From assembly GCA_963528875.1 (NCBI GenBank), contig CAURWT010000003.1, positions 118,939 through 150,938 of the forward strand: DNA of 32,000 nucleotides, given 5' to 3'. Source of the DNA: an uncultured Candidatus Saccharimonas sp. Its GTDB lineage: Bacteria > Patescibacteriota > Saccharimonadia > Saccharimonadales > Saccharimonadaceae. The notes under the pieces are model-generated. The model searched no databases. It was given only the letters and a program-made list of their open reading frames with translations, and was not told the origin of the DNA. Positions 17,858 to 24,418 of the stretch are shown piece after piece; position 1 is the first letter of the stretch; every line of letters begins with the position of its first letter. The position numbers were made by a program, and so were the translations under genes.

Positions 17858-17943
17858 TGTTATAATAAAACTATAAAATAATCCACTCAGAGCGCTGAGC
17901 GATTAGCAAAATATTAACATTTGCGTCGCTCAGTTTTTTATTT
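17858..17943 (+). promoter_or_regulatory. extended -10 promoter plus terminator/anti-terminator-like leader of the large gene
   Basis: TGtTATAAT at 17858-17866. Hairpin A is CTCAG(17886-90)/CTGAG(17895-99). Hairpin B is CTGAGCGA(17895-17902)/TCGCTCAG(17926-33) followed by TTTTTTATTTT. A and B share CTGAG. Confidence 0.4.
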
Positions 17944-17968
17944 TGTAGCGACAAGATAAGGAGAAGAG

Positions 17969-19078
17969 ATGGATATTTTCAAAGGTATTGGCGACTTTTT
18001 TGGTGGACTTTTTGGCCAAAAGAAAAAGCGAGAAGATGAACAACAACCACAGCAACAACAATCTGCGGTGAGTTTTAATAGCACGCCCAAACTTGGGGAT
18101 AATTTTATAAATAATTTAAGCAATCCAACCCAGCCACAGCAGCCAAAAGAATTTGCGAAGAGTTCGGTGGACTTAAACCCAGTAAAGCCGGTGCAGCCTG
18201 TGCAACCACAGCCACAAGTGAACCGAGAGCAGGAACGCCAGCAACTAGCAAACAAGTATCGGCAAGAAGAAACAGACCGCTATAACCAAGGTTCAGACCA
18301 TGCAGCTAATTTCTTGAATGATATTTTTAGTGGTGGTAAAACAGCACAAATGCGAGAAAATACGATCAACCAGAATATCCAGAACCGGGTGAATGCTGAA
18401 ATGCTCCGAAAATATGGGCCAGATGACCAACAAGTGAAGCAAAACATTGATCAAACTAGTCAAAGTATTAATAGAAACGCTTCAGCCGTGAGTGATTTTA
18501 CTAAAAATTACAATAATAATCTTCAGCAAACAGTTGTTGCGCCAGTATCAGCAGCGAAAGGTGCAGCTAACAGTGTGGTGGAATTTGTTCCGAAAGTATC
18601 GGGGGCGATTACAGAACTTGGCGCTAATACAATCAAACTCTTTGATGAAGATAATCAATTCGCGAATAATTTGATTAAGCGTGTGCGAGCAGACCGTGAA
18701 AAGAACATTGTGCGAAAAACACTTAATGATACAACAGGTTTAACTGATCAAGATAATAAAATGGCTTATGGCTTGGGTAGTTCTGGAGCAAGAATGGCGA
18801 TTGATGCCGCAATGACCCCCGTGACTGGCGGTATCGCGCCAGCGGTAATACATGGTGTGGAAGCACACTCAGAGATGATGGGCCACTTGGATGACATCGA
18901 AGCTCGGAAAAAAGCTGAAGCGGCGGCAAAAGGTGAAGTATATATACCAAGTAGTTTTAGCTCTCGCTATTTAGCCTCAACTGCTAATGCCGGAGTACAA
19001 GCCGCTATTGAAAAACTTGGAATAGATAACGTAACCGGTAAGATTGGCGGTAAATTTGCAAAAAATATGGTTGGGTGA
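17969..19078 (+). CDS. N-terminal segment of a ~937-codon multidomain toxin/polyvalent-like protein; ends at in-frame TGA 19076-19078
   Basis: SD AAGGAG 17958-63. Gly/Phe-rich N-terminus MDIFKGIGDFFGGLFG, a Q/P-rich low-complexity linker, then helical and Gly-rich hydrophobic segments. Same frame as 19094..20782. Confidence 0.6.
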   Translation: MDIFKGIGDFFGGLFGQKKKREDEQQPQQQQSAVSFNSTPKLGDNFINNLSNPTQPQQPKEFAKSSVDLNPVKPVQPVQPQPQVNREQERQQLANKYRQEETDRYNQGSDHAANFLNDIFSGGKTAQMRENTINQNIQNRVNAEMLRKYGPDDQQVKQNIDQTSQSINRNASAVSDFTKNYNNNLQQTVVAPVSAAKGAANSVVEFVPKVSGAITELGANTIKLFDEDNQFANNLIKRVRADREKNIVRKTLNDTTGLTDQDNKMAYGLGSSGARMAIDAAMTPVTGGIAPAVIHGVEAHSEMMGHLDDIEARKKAEAAAKGEVYIPSSFSSRYLASTANAGVQAAIEKLGIDNVTGKIGGKFAKNMVG

Positions 19079-19093
19079 GCTATCACGGGTGCA

Positions 19094-20782
19094 TTGGGTG
19101 AAGCCGGTGAAGAAGGTGCACAGCAATATGCCGAAAACTTCACTAAAAAGCTTTTCGGCAACAAACAAGATATCCATGAAGGCGTAGCAGAAAGCGCTCT
19201 TATGGGTGGAATTATGGGCGGAGCTGGTAAAATGGCCTTTGGCGGGATGGAATCTGTGAAAAATCCATATAAGAGCAACAATATGGCAGATGGCGAAGTA
19301 AGTATTTCTAAACTTCACCCAGACCAAATGGGCTACAATAAGGATGCAGTTTTAGGTAAATTTACAGGCGACACTCGCAAACGAATGAGTGAGCGTAGTT
19401 TTAATACGCTTCAAGATTTGCGGGCAAATAATCCGTATGTGACGGGTGATGGACAAGAAATTAGCTTGACTAATAAGGGGAATAAAAAATATACCAGCAC
19501 AAAATCTCCTGAAACAAACGAAGAGTTTGTAGCTAAAATGCGAAGTACTCCACGAATTGGTGAACTTATAAATAACTCTTTATGCTCACACTCTGCATAC
19601 GACACTAAAAACCACGGTATCGCACCGGATGGTTTTGATTACCGTACAGCGAACTTTAAATATGGTGGAAAAAATTACGAAACCATGTTTAATGTAGCAA
19701 AAAACGATGCCCGAAATAATACATTATATGGCGGATTGACAAAAGAAAAGAACCACTCTGGTGGGCTTAATGCCGCGCCTGGGGAGCTTGTCTTACCAGG
19801 ACAGAGTGATTCTTATAATTCTAATATAGCACAAAAAGACCAAAAAGTCAATAACGGCTATCAATATTCAGATGAAATTCGCAATAAAATAGATCAAAGC
19901 TTAGATGAAAGACTTTTGCGGGTGCGAGATAATACCGGCGAAACCCTTGCAGATTTCGAAACAAGGCTAAAACGAGAAGGGGCTACAGAACAAGAAATTG
20001 AACCGTATAAGAATAGTTTTATTCGCCGTGCTAAAATGTTCTTAGAAGAACCAGGATCTATGCCAGGATGGAGTTTAGATCAAGATAGCAAGCAAAATAA
20101 CGAAACGAATTTGTCAGACTTTAATTTTCAGCCATCTACAATTAACGAAAATACCAGACTATACCACGGTACGAACGGTAAAGTGGCGGAAGAAATTCAC
20201 AAGAATGGCTTTAAACGCGGTAATGAATTAGATGAAAATGCATATTTTGGTGGTGGATATGACGTTAGAGATCAAGATAGCGTAAGTTTTTCAACGAACC
20301 GGAAAGTTTCGGAAACCTTTGCAATTAATGGGCGAGATAGCGGTAAAGGTTCGGGAGCTTTAATTGAGGCTCGGCTACTTCCGGATGCTCGCGTGGTTGA
20401 AACAGATGCTGAAATATATGCTGAAGATCTAAATGAAGTTACAGAACGACTTCGCGAACAAGGTGTGGATGCGGTTTTCTTGAAAAGCAATGGCGAAGAT
20501 GAATTGGTGGTTTTGAACCCTGAAAAAGTAGATAGAAATATCTTGATCGAAAGATATAAGCTAGCGAACCAACAAAAACAAGCTCTTACCGCTAAACTGG
20601 AAGACCTTAAAGCTCGCCACCAAAACCTAACAGGTGATGAAGACTTGGTATTTAATATTTTTAAAGATGAACTTCAAAAGAATGCTCTGGGTTATTTTAA
20701 ACCCGAAAACCAAACTATGAACTATGGGAGATGGATTTTCTTTCGACGACATATTCGAATGCGATTGTTTTTGCTGCGTTAA
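19094..20782 (+). CDS. C-terminal segment of the same protein (frame open from 19079): Gly-zipper segment, nuclease-like module, ART-superfamily-like module
   Basis: 19094-17969 is a multiple of 3, and the text reads through as ...KNMVG*AITGALGEAGEEG.... There is no SD or ATG at 19094. LYHGT...AYFGGGY...SVSFST...EDELVVLNPEKV lies at about 20140-20535. The last ~25 codons are an out-of-frame read of the GH15 remnant. Confidence 0.6.
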   Translation: MGEAGEEGAQQYAENFTKKLFGNKQDIHEGVAESALMGGIMGGAGKMAFGGMESVKNPYKSNNMADGEVSISKLHPDQMGYNKDAVLGKFTGDTRKRMSERSFNTLQDLRANNPYVTGDGQEISLTNKGNKKYTSTKSPETNEEFVAKMRSTPRIGELINNSLCSHSAYDTKNHGIAPDGFDYRTANFKYGGKNYETMFNVAKNDARNNTLYGGLTKEKNHSGGLNAAPGELVLPGQSDSYNSNIAQKDQKVNNGYQYSDEIRNKIDQSLDERLLRVRDNTGETLADFETRLKREGATEQEIEPYKNSFIRRAKMFLEEPGSMPGWSLDQDSKQNNETNLSDFNFQPSTINENTRLYHGTNGKVAEEIHKNGFKRGNELDENAYFGGGYDVRDQDSVSFSTNRKVSETFAINGRDSGKGSGALIEARLLPDARVVETDAEIYAEDLNEVTERLREQGVDAVFLKSNGEDELVVLNPEKVDRNILIERYKLANQQKQALTAKLEDLKARHQNLTGDEDLVFNIFKDELQKNALGYFKPENQTMNYGRWIFFRRHIRMRLFLLR

Positions 20783-21351
20783 ATTCTGCCGCGGATCTTG
20801 CGCGAGATTTTAGTAAGCCTCAAGACGCTTATCGCTGGCGGGCCGCTGCTGATAAAATCAAGAAAGCAGCAAATCAAGAATTATTTAACACAGATTTAAA
20901 TTATTTCTATCGTGGAATTTGGCCTTCTGGCGAAAAAGACCCGAAAATTGACGCATCGAGTTTTTATGGTGCGTTTATGTTCGGACTTTTTGATTTTAGT
21001 TCATCTGAAATTGAGAGATCTTTCGAATCTCTAAAGAAGTATTTTGAAGCGGAACAAAATATTGGCATTCCTCGTTTTGAAAATGATGTATATTATCGTT
21101 TCTCTGATGATTATAATTCTAATATTTGGATAATTTCAACACTTTGGGAGACAGAATTTTATCTTGCAAAAGGCGATAAACGACAGGCTGAGCGGATATT
21201 GGATTGGGCTATAACAAGGAGCTCTTCTACTGGAACTCTGCCAGAGTAAATCAATCCTCGTAATCTTGAATGGCTTTCTGTAGCTCCTCTAACTTGGAAT
21301 CAGACTGAATTTATTTTGGCTCTACTTAACTTAATTTCTCTGGAAGAATAA
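20701..21351 (+). pseudogene. glycoside hydrolase family 15 (glucoamylase-like) gene remnant: 5'-truncated with an internal TAA
   Basis: KPNYELWE...TYSNAIVFAAL...NIWIISTLWETEFYLAKGD...GTLPE* then, in frame after TAA 21247-49, INPRNLEWLSVAPLTWNQTEF.... This fits the conserved GH15 C-terminus (LPEQ...PLTWSHA), with the Q codon (CAA) replaced by TAA. Only the last ~215 codons are present. Confidence 0.7.
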
Positions 21352-21370
21352 ACCCTATTTCGGAATTAAA

Positions 21371-21399
21371 TTGACCTATTTAGATAAATATGGTATAAT
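21371..21399 (+). promoter_or_regulatory. promoter TTGACC-N17-TATAAT (leaderless-type)
   Basis: TTGACC 21371-76 and TATAAT 21394-99. ATG 21406 lies 6 nt after the -10, with no SD. Confidence 0.55.
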
Positions 21400-21405
21400 C
21401 AAGTC

Positions 21406-21678
21406 ATGAATAATTTTCGAAAAACATTTTCAAAATACCTAGAGACTACAAATGAGCGCATAAAACTTCAGAGGTTTTATATTATTGCCGCCGTAATGAG
21501 CTTTTGTGTAGCGAGTGTAGTTAGTCTTATCAGTCAGGGATTAGGCCATCTAATTATATTTTTGTCAATTTTAGCATCTGGTCTTTTTCTGGTTAATTCA
21601 ATTATTTGGGTGATTGGCGTAGCTCTGCTGGAGACCTTTTCGTTGTCTAAAAAACCTTCCTCTAAAAAACAAAAATAG
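21406..21678 (+). CDS. small two-TM membrane protein, Lys-rich C-terminus
   Basis: 90 aa with two hydrophobic helices (FYIIAAVMSFCVASVVSLI and IIFLSILASGLFLVNSIIWVIGVALL); good promoter. Confidence 0.55.
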   Translation: MNNFRKTFSKYLETTNERIKLQRFYIIAAVMSFCVASVVSLISQGLGHLIIFLSILASGLFLVNSIIWVIGVALLETFSLSKKPSSKKQK

Positions 21679-21717
21679 TTTCAATTTTTGCATTTTGTAT
21701 GATATAATTGGACTGTC

Positions 21718-21793
21718 GCCGCGATAGCTCAGTTGGTAGAGCGCATCCATGGTAAGGATGAGGTCTCGGGTTCAAGCCCCGATCGTGGCTCCA
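21718..21793 (+). tRNA. tRNA-Thr (anticodon GGU), CCA encoded
   Basis: Hand-folded cloverleaf. Acceptor GCCGCGA/TCGTGGC (one G-U pair), D arm GCTC-AGTTGGTA-GAGC, anticodon arm CATCC-ATGGTAA-GGATG with GGT at 21751-53, T arm TCGGG-TTCAAGC-CCCGA, discriminator T, then CCA. Confidence 0.9.
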
Positions 21794-21812
21794 AATTTAC
21801 TATCGGTCTAAA

Positions 21813-21847
21813 AGCCGCATCTTGTGTAGTAAAAGGTGCGGCTATTT
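21813..21847 (+). terminator. hairpin after tRNA-Thr
   Basis: AGCCGCA / TGCGGCT 7-bp stem with a 17-nt loop and a weak T tract. Confidence 0.4.
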
Positions 21848-21850
21848 AAA

Positions 21851-21880
21851 TTAAAAAATCCCCGAGGCGTCTCGAGGATT
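21851..21880 (-). terminator. rho-independent terminator of the minus-strand operon
   Basis: On the minus strand, AATCCTCGAG ACGC CTCGGGGATT (one mismatch) is followed by TTTTTTAA, 12 nt after the stop codon at 21892-94. Confidence 0.6.
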
Positions 21881-21891
21881 ATTAAAATGTG

Positions 21892-22776
21892 CTAGTCTTC
21901 AAGGGGAAGATTAATCTTGAATCTTCCCTCTACCGCTAGGTGTCGAAATACCTGCATAACGTCCCAATTATCTGCAGCATATTTCAGCTCCTTAGCGGTT
22001 AGTTCTTCTTTTTCAGAGAAGTATTTATTTACTAGGTCCTCTATATCTGAGAACCAGTTATTTACTTCCCGGTAGTCATCAGCATAGATGACCAAATTAT
22101 CTGGAATTTCTTCCAGAATTGTATCATCCGTTAATCCGTCAATTAAGTTCCATACGGATCGACGGATGTTTCGTCCTATCTTATTTGCCAGATCCTTACG
22201 GATCTTAGCAATAAGATTTGTGCCGTCAAGCATATATAATGCTTTAGGCACTAGTAACTCAAATTCCTCGTATTCACCCTGGTGGGCAGATTTGAGGAAT
22301 TCTATAAGCTCTTCGCCTTGGTTCATTTTGTTTGCAAGGCGAAGAGCTTTTTTGGCATACGCCTCCTTAGAAGTGTATGCTAGAAGATGCGCTTCGTTAT
22401 CGTAAAAGCGAACAAGCACATCTTCGGCAATCCGCTGCCAGCCGGCAGTTAATTCGCCGGTTTCAAGCGGATTGCCATCAAGCGTCTCCCCACGGTATTT
22501 AGTGCCATCAATGTTGATGACTCTAACAAATTTACCATCGGGGAGTTGCTCGACTCCCATCAGCTCAAATATACGGGGCTGCCGATAAAATATTTGATAT
22601 TTTACCAGCTCGCTCCGGAAGAAACTCCAGGGGTTGGGAGTTTCTTTATTTTGAGACAGATTATAAAAATCTATCTCAAAATTTTCTTCTTCCAAAAAAT
22701 CTCTGTCCCAGTCGTCTTTATCGACATGGGTAAAGGTTTTTTTGGAAGGTTTTTTTAATCTTCTGGCGACCTTCAA
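21892..22776 (-). CDS. hypothetical protein (distal cistron, or C-terminal ~290 codons of a frameshifted larger gene)
   Basis: 294-codon ORF with only a TTG start and no SD. It overlaps the upstream ORF by 59 nt across two A7 runs. No family recognised. Confidence 0.55.
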   Translation of the reverse strand: MKVARRLKKPSKKTFTHVDKDDWDRDFLEEENFEIDFYNLSQNKETPNPWSFFRSELVKYQIFYRQPRIFELMGVEQLPDGKFVRVINIDGTKYRGETLDGNPLETGELTAGWQRIAEDVLVRFYDNEAHLLAYTSKEAYAKKALRLANKMNQGEELIEFLKSAHQGEYEEFELLVPKALYMLDGTNLIAKIRKDLANKIGRNIRRSVWNLIDGLTDDTILEEIPDNLVIYADDYREVNNWFSDIEDLVNKYFSEKEELTAKELKYAADNWDVMQVFRHLAVEGRFKINLPLED

Positions 22777-23233
22777 ACTCCGGAAGGCCCTCTCCTAAAA
22801 GCACTGCTTTTAGGGTTTGAGTAAAGTTGGTATAAAAATCACAATAAATGACCGTTCTGCCAACTTTAATAACGGTAGGATGCTCTTTAAGAGTTTCTTG
22901 TTTATCTTCCTCATGCGACACATAAGGTATCGCCACTAGGACATCTTCTTCTACATATTCGTCGATGATTTTACCGACGGATGTGAAGAACTGATAGTCA
23001 TGATTATGACGAGTATCTACCCGCCATGAACCAACTGGTATTAGTGATCCTAGTTGGTCGAAGAACCCTTCCCCAGAATTTCCAGAACGGCTTATAAAAG
23101 TCGTTCTGCCTCCACACATTGTGTGGAGTTTATCGTGGTCGTACTCCACATCCAAAATTTTTGGAGTTTGTCGATCTTCTAGAGAGAGAAATAGGTCAGT
23201 TGAACCGTGGCCTCAATAAAATTTTTTTTTCAT
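22718..23233 (-). CDS. hypothetical protein with in-frame TGA at codon 7 (ATG 23231-23233)
   Basis: The minus strand reads AAAGG-N8-ATG AAA AAA AAA TTT TAT TGA GGC CAC GGT..., in frame with the 145-aa ORF-track product (22718..23155, TTG start). The ATG overlaps the stop of the upstream small ORF (ATGA). Confidence 0.5.
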
Positions 23234-23361
23234 GATTTTTCCTTTCTTTCGTCAAAGCTATTTAATTTAAGGGATTTTCCCACTTTGACACCCATTATCT
23301 GGGTAAGCTCACTCATGAGCATATCTAAATCCACTATTTTACCAAACTTAGAAATGCTCAT
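23230..23361 (-). CDS. 43-aa small protein, first cistron (possible regulator or antitoxin-like)
   Basis: My translation is MSISKFGKIVDLDMLMSELTQIMGVKVGKSLKLNSFDERKEKS. It lies downstream of a perfect consensus promoter, and its stop TGA overlaps the next ATG (ATGA). There is no clear SD, and it is not in the ORF track (<60 aa). Confidence 0.4.
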   Translation of the reverse strand: MSISKFGKIVDLDMLMSELTQIMGVKVGKSLKLNSFDERKEKS

Positions 23362-23403
23362 AAGTATCAAAAATCATGATAATGCCAAATTTTTAAATAG
23401 CTC

Positions 23404-23456
23404 TGAGACTTTTGTCTCATTGCTATAATTATAGCATAATATTTCGATAATGTCAA
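23404..23456 (-). promoter_or_regulatory. perfect consensus promoter (TTGACA-N17-TATAAT) with palindromic operator and 5' hairpin
   Basis: Minus-strand TTGACA is plus 23451-56 and TATAAT is plus 23428-33. The 14-bp perfect palindrome GCTATAATTATAGC spans 23422-35 and covers the -10. Leader hairpin TGAGAC-AAAA-GTCTCA at 23404-19. Confidence 0.65.
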
Positions 23457-23557
23457 TACTATACTAAATTAACCATTATGTGCCGAAACAGTGCTGCATT
23501 ATTTTATAGTTGAGGATTATTAATTTTTTGTTGGATAATTATTGTTGGTAAAATAAC

Positions 23558-23586
23558 TTGATTTTATCTTTTTACTGTGATAAAAT
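23558..23586 (+). promoter_or_regulatory. promoter of rpmG (TTGATT-N17-TAAAAT, TG-extended)
   Basis: TTGATT 23558-63, TG 23578-79, TAAAAT 23581-86. Confidence 0.5.
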
Positions 23587-23621
23587 AGTTAAGAATTGTA
23601 AATATTAATTTAAGAGAGATT

Positions 23622-23828
23622 ATGGCTAAAAAGAATACGAAACGAAAGATTATTGGTCTTGTAAGCGAAATTACTGGTGACCGAATTTACTACACTCGCA
23701 AAAATACTCAGAATACACCTGAAAAATTATCTTTGCGAAAATATAATCCAAAAACTCGAAAACATGAAATCTTCACAGAAACTAAGAAGTCTCTTGGTCG
23801 AAATGAAGTTAAACCACGAAAAGGTTAA
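23622..23828 (+). CDS. rpmG: 50S ribosomal protein L33 (Cys-less type, C-terminal extension)
   Basis: RIYYTRKNTQNTPEKLSLRKYNPKTRKHEIFTETK matches the L33 core (NY.T.KNKRN.PE.LEL.KYCP.C.KH..H.E.K) with both CxxC pairs absent; 68 aa. Confidence 0.85.
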   Translation: MAKKNTKRKIIGLVSEITGDRIYYTRKNTQNTPEKLSLRKYNPKTRKHEIFTETKKSLGRNEVKPRKG

Positions 23829-23834
23829 TAAATT

Positions 23835-23858
23835 GCACCGTTTGGTGCTTTTTATTTT
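23835..23858 (+). terminator. terminator after rpmG
   Basis: GCACC GTTT GGTGC followed by TTTTTATTTT. Confidence 0.6.
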
Positions 23859-23960
23859 AATGGCTGTAGTTAGTAATAAACCTATCGTTTGTATCTTTTG
23901 CTATACAAAAAAATGTAGGGAATTGTTAAAAATCTCTCTTTAATCAAAGCTCTTGTTTAA

Positions 23961-23969
23961 GGGGGGGGG
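23961..23969. repeat. G9 homopolymer tract
   Basis: Nine consecutive G at 23961-23969 in AT-rich intergenic DNA, 11 nt upstream of the rpsJ -35. Confidence 0.95.
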
Positions 23970-23979
23970 TATTTTTCTA

Positions 23980-24008
23980 TTGTAATTTAGATAAATTTAT
24001 GTTAAAAT
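23980..24008 (+). promoter_or_regulatory. promoter of rpsJ (TTGTAA-N17-TAAAAT, TG-extended)
   Basis: TTGTAA 23980-85, TG 24000-01, TAAAAT 24003-08. The ~85-nt leader has GCTTG...CAAGC pairing; SD TAAGGAG. Confidence 0.5.
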
Positions 24009-24097
24009 ATTGTGGTAATATAAATTGCTTGAGAATTCGTTCGTAGTTATCTTAAAGTTACGAAAGAAGTTACAAGCCTAATATAAGGAGTAAAAAA

Positions 24098-24412
24098 ATG
24101 GCAGAACAAGGCCTAACAATTCGTATTCGCCTAAAGGCATACGACCACAAAGTTATCGACCAAAGTGCAAAGCAAATTGTTGACACAGCAATTCGAACTG
24201 GTGCAACAGTTGCAGGACCAGTACCTCTACCAACACGACGAAGTACTTTTACAGTAGTAAAAAGCCCACATGTTTATAAAATGGGTGGTGAAGCTTACGA
24301 AATGCGTGTTCATAAGCGCCTCATTGATATTAGTAATGCGACACCAAAAACAATTGATTCTTTGCAAAATCTTAGCCTTCCAGCTGGGGTTGATGCAGAA
24401 ATCAAAATGTAA
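24098..24412 (+). CDS. rpsJ: 30S ribosomal protein S10
   Basis: [39 protein letters not shown]...VHKRLIDI is canonical S10; 104 aa. Confidence 0.95.
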   Translation: MAEQGLTIRIRLKAYDHKVIDQSAKQIVDTAIRTGATVAGPVPLPTRRSTFTVVKSPHVYKMGGEAYEMRVHKRLIDISNATPKTIDSLQNLSLPAGVDAEIKM

Positions 24413-24418
24413 TTTTCA

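Noticed and set aside
17938-18255. 105-aa Cys/Gly-rich minus-strand ORF (…CGCGCTGCTGFTGF…CCCCGCCSSS…).
   Set aside because: It is the antisense reading of the CAG/CAA/CCA-rich Q/P low-complexity segment of the large plus-strand gene, so it is an artefact of repeat composition.
19076-19120. Selenocysteine insertion at the in-frame TGA codons.
   Set aside because: I saw no SECIS-like stem-loop immediately downstream of either TGA. No sel genes lie in the window, and the sequence context is not redox-motif-like.
18723-19327. Three minus-strand ORFs (75-116 aa) spanning the TGA site of the giant gene.
   Set aside because: They are antisense to a continuous, sensible plus-strand frame and have no expression signals.
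23207-23428. 73-aa plus-strand ORF in the 23.2-23.4 kb intergenic region.
   Set aside because: It has a GTG start and no promoter or SD. The opposite strand carries a perfect consensus promoter and a translationally coupled small ORF that better explain the region.
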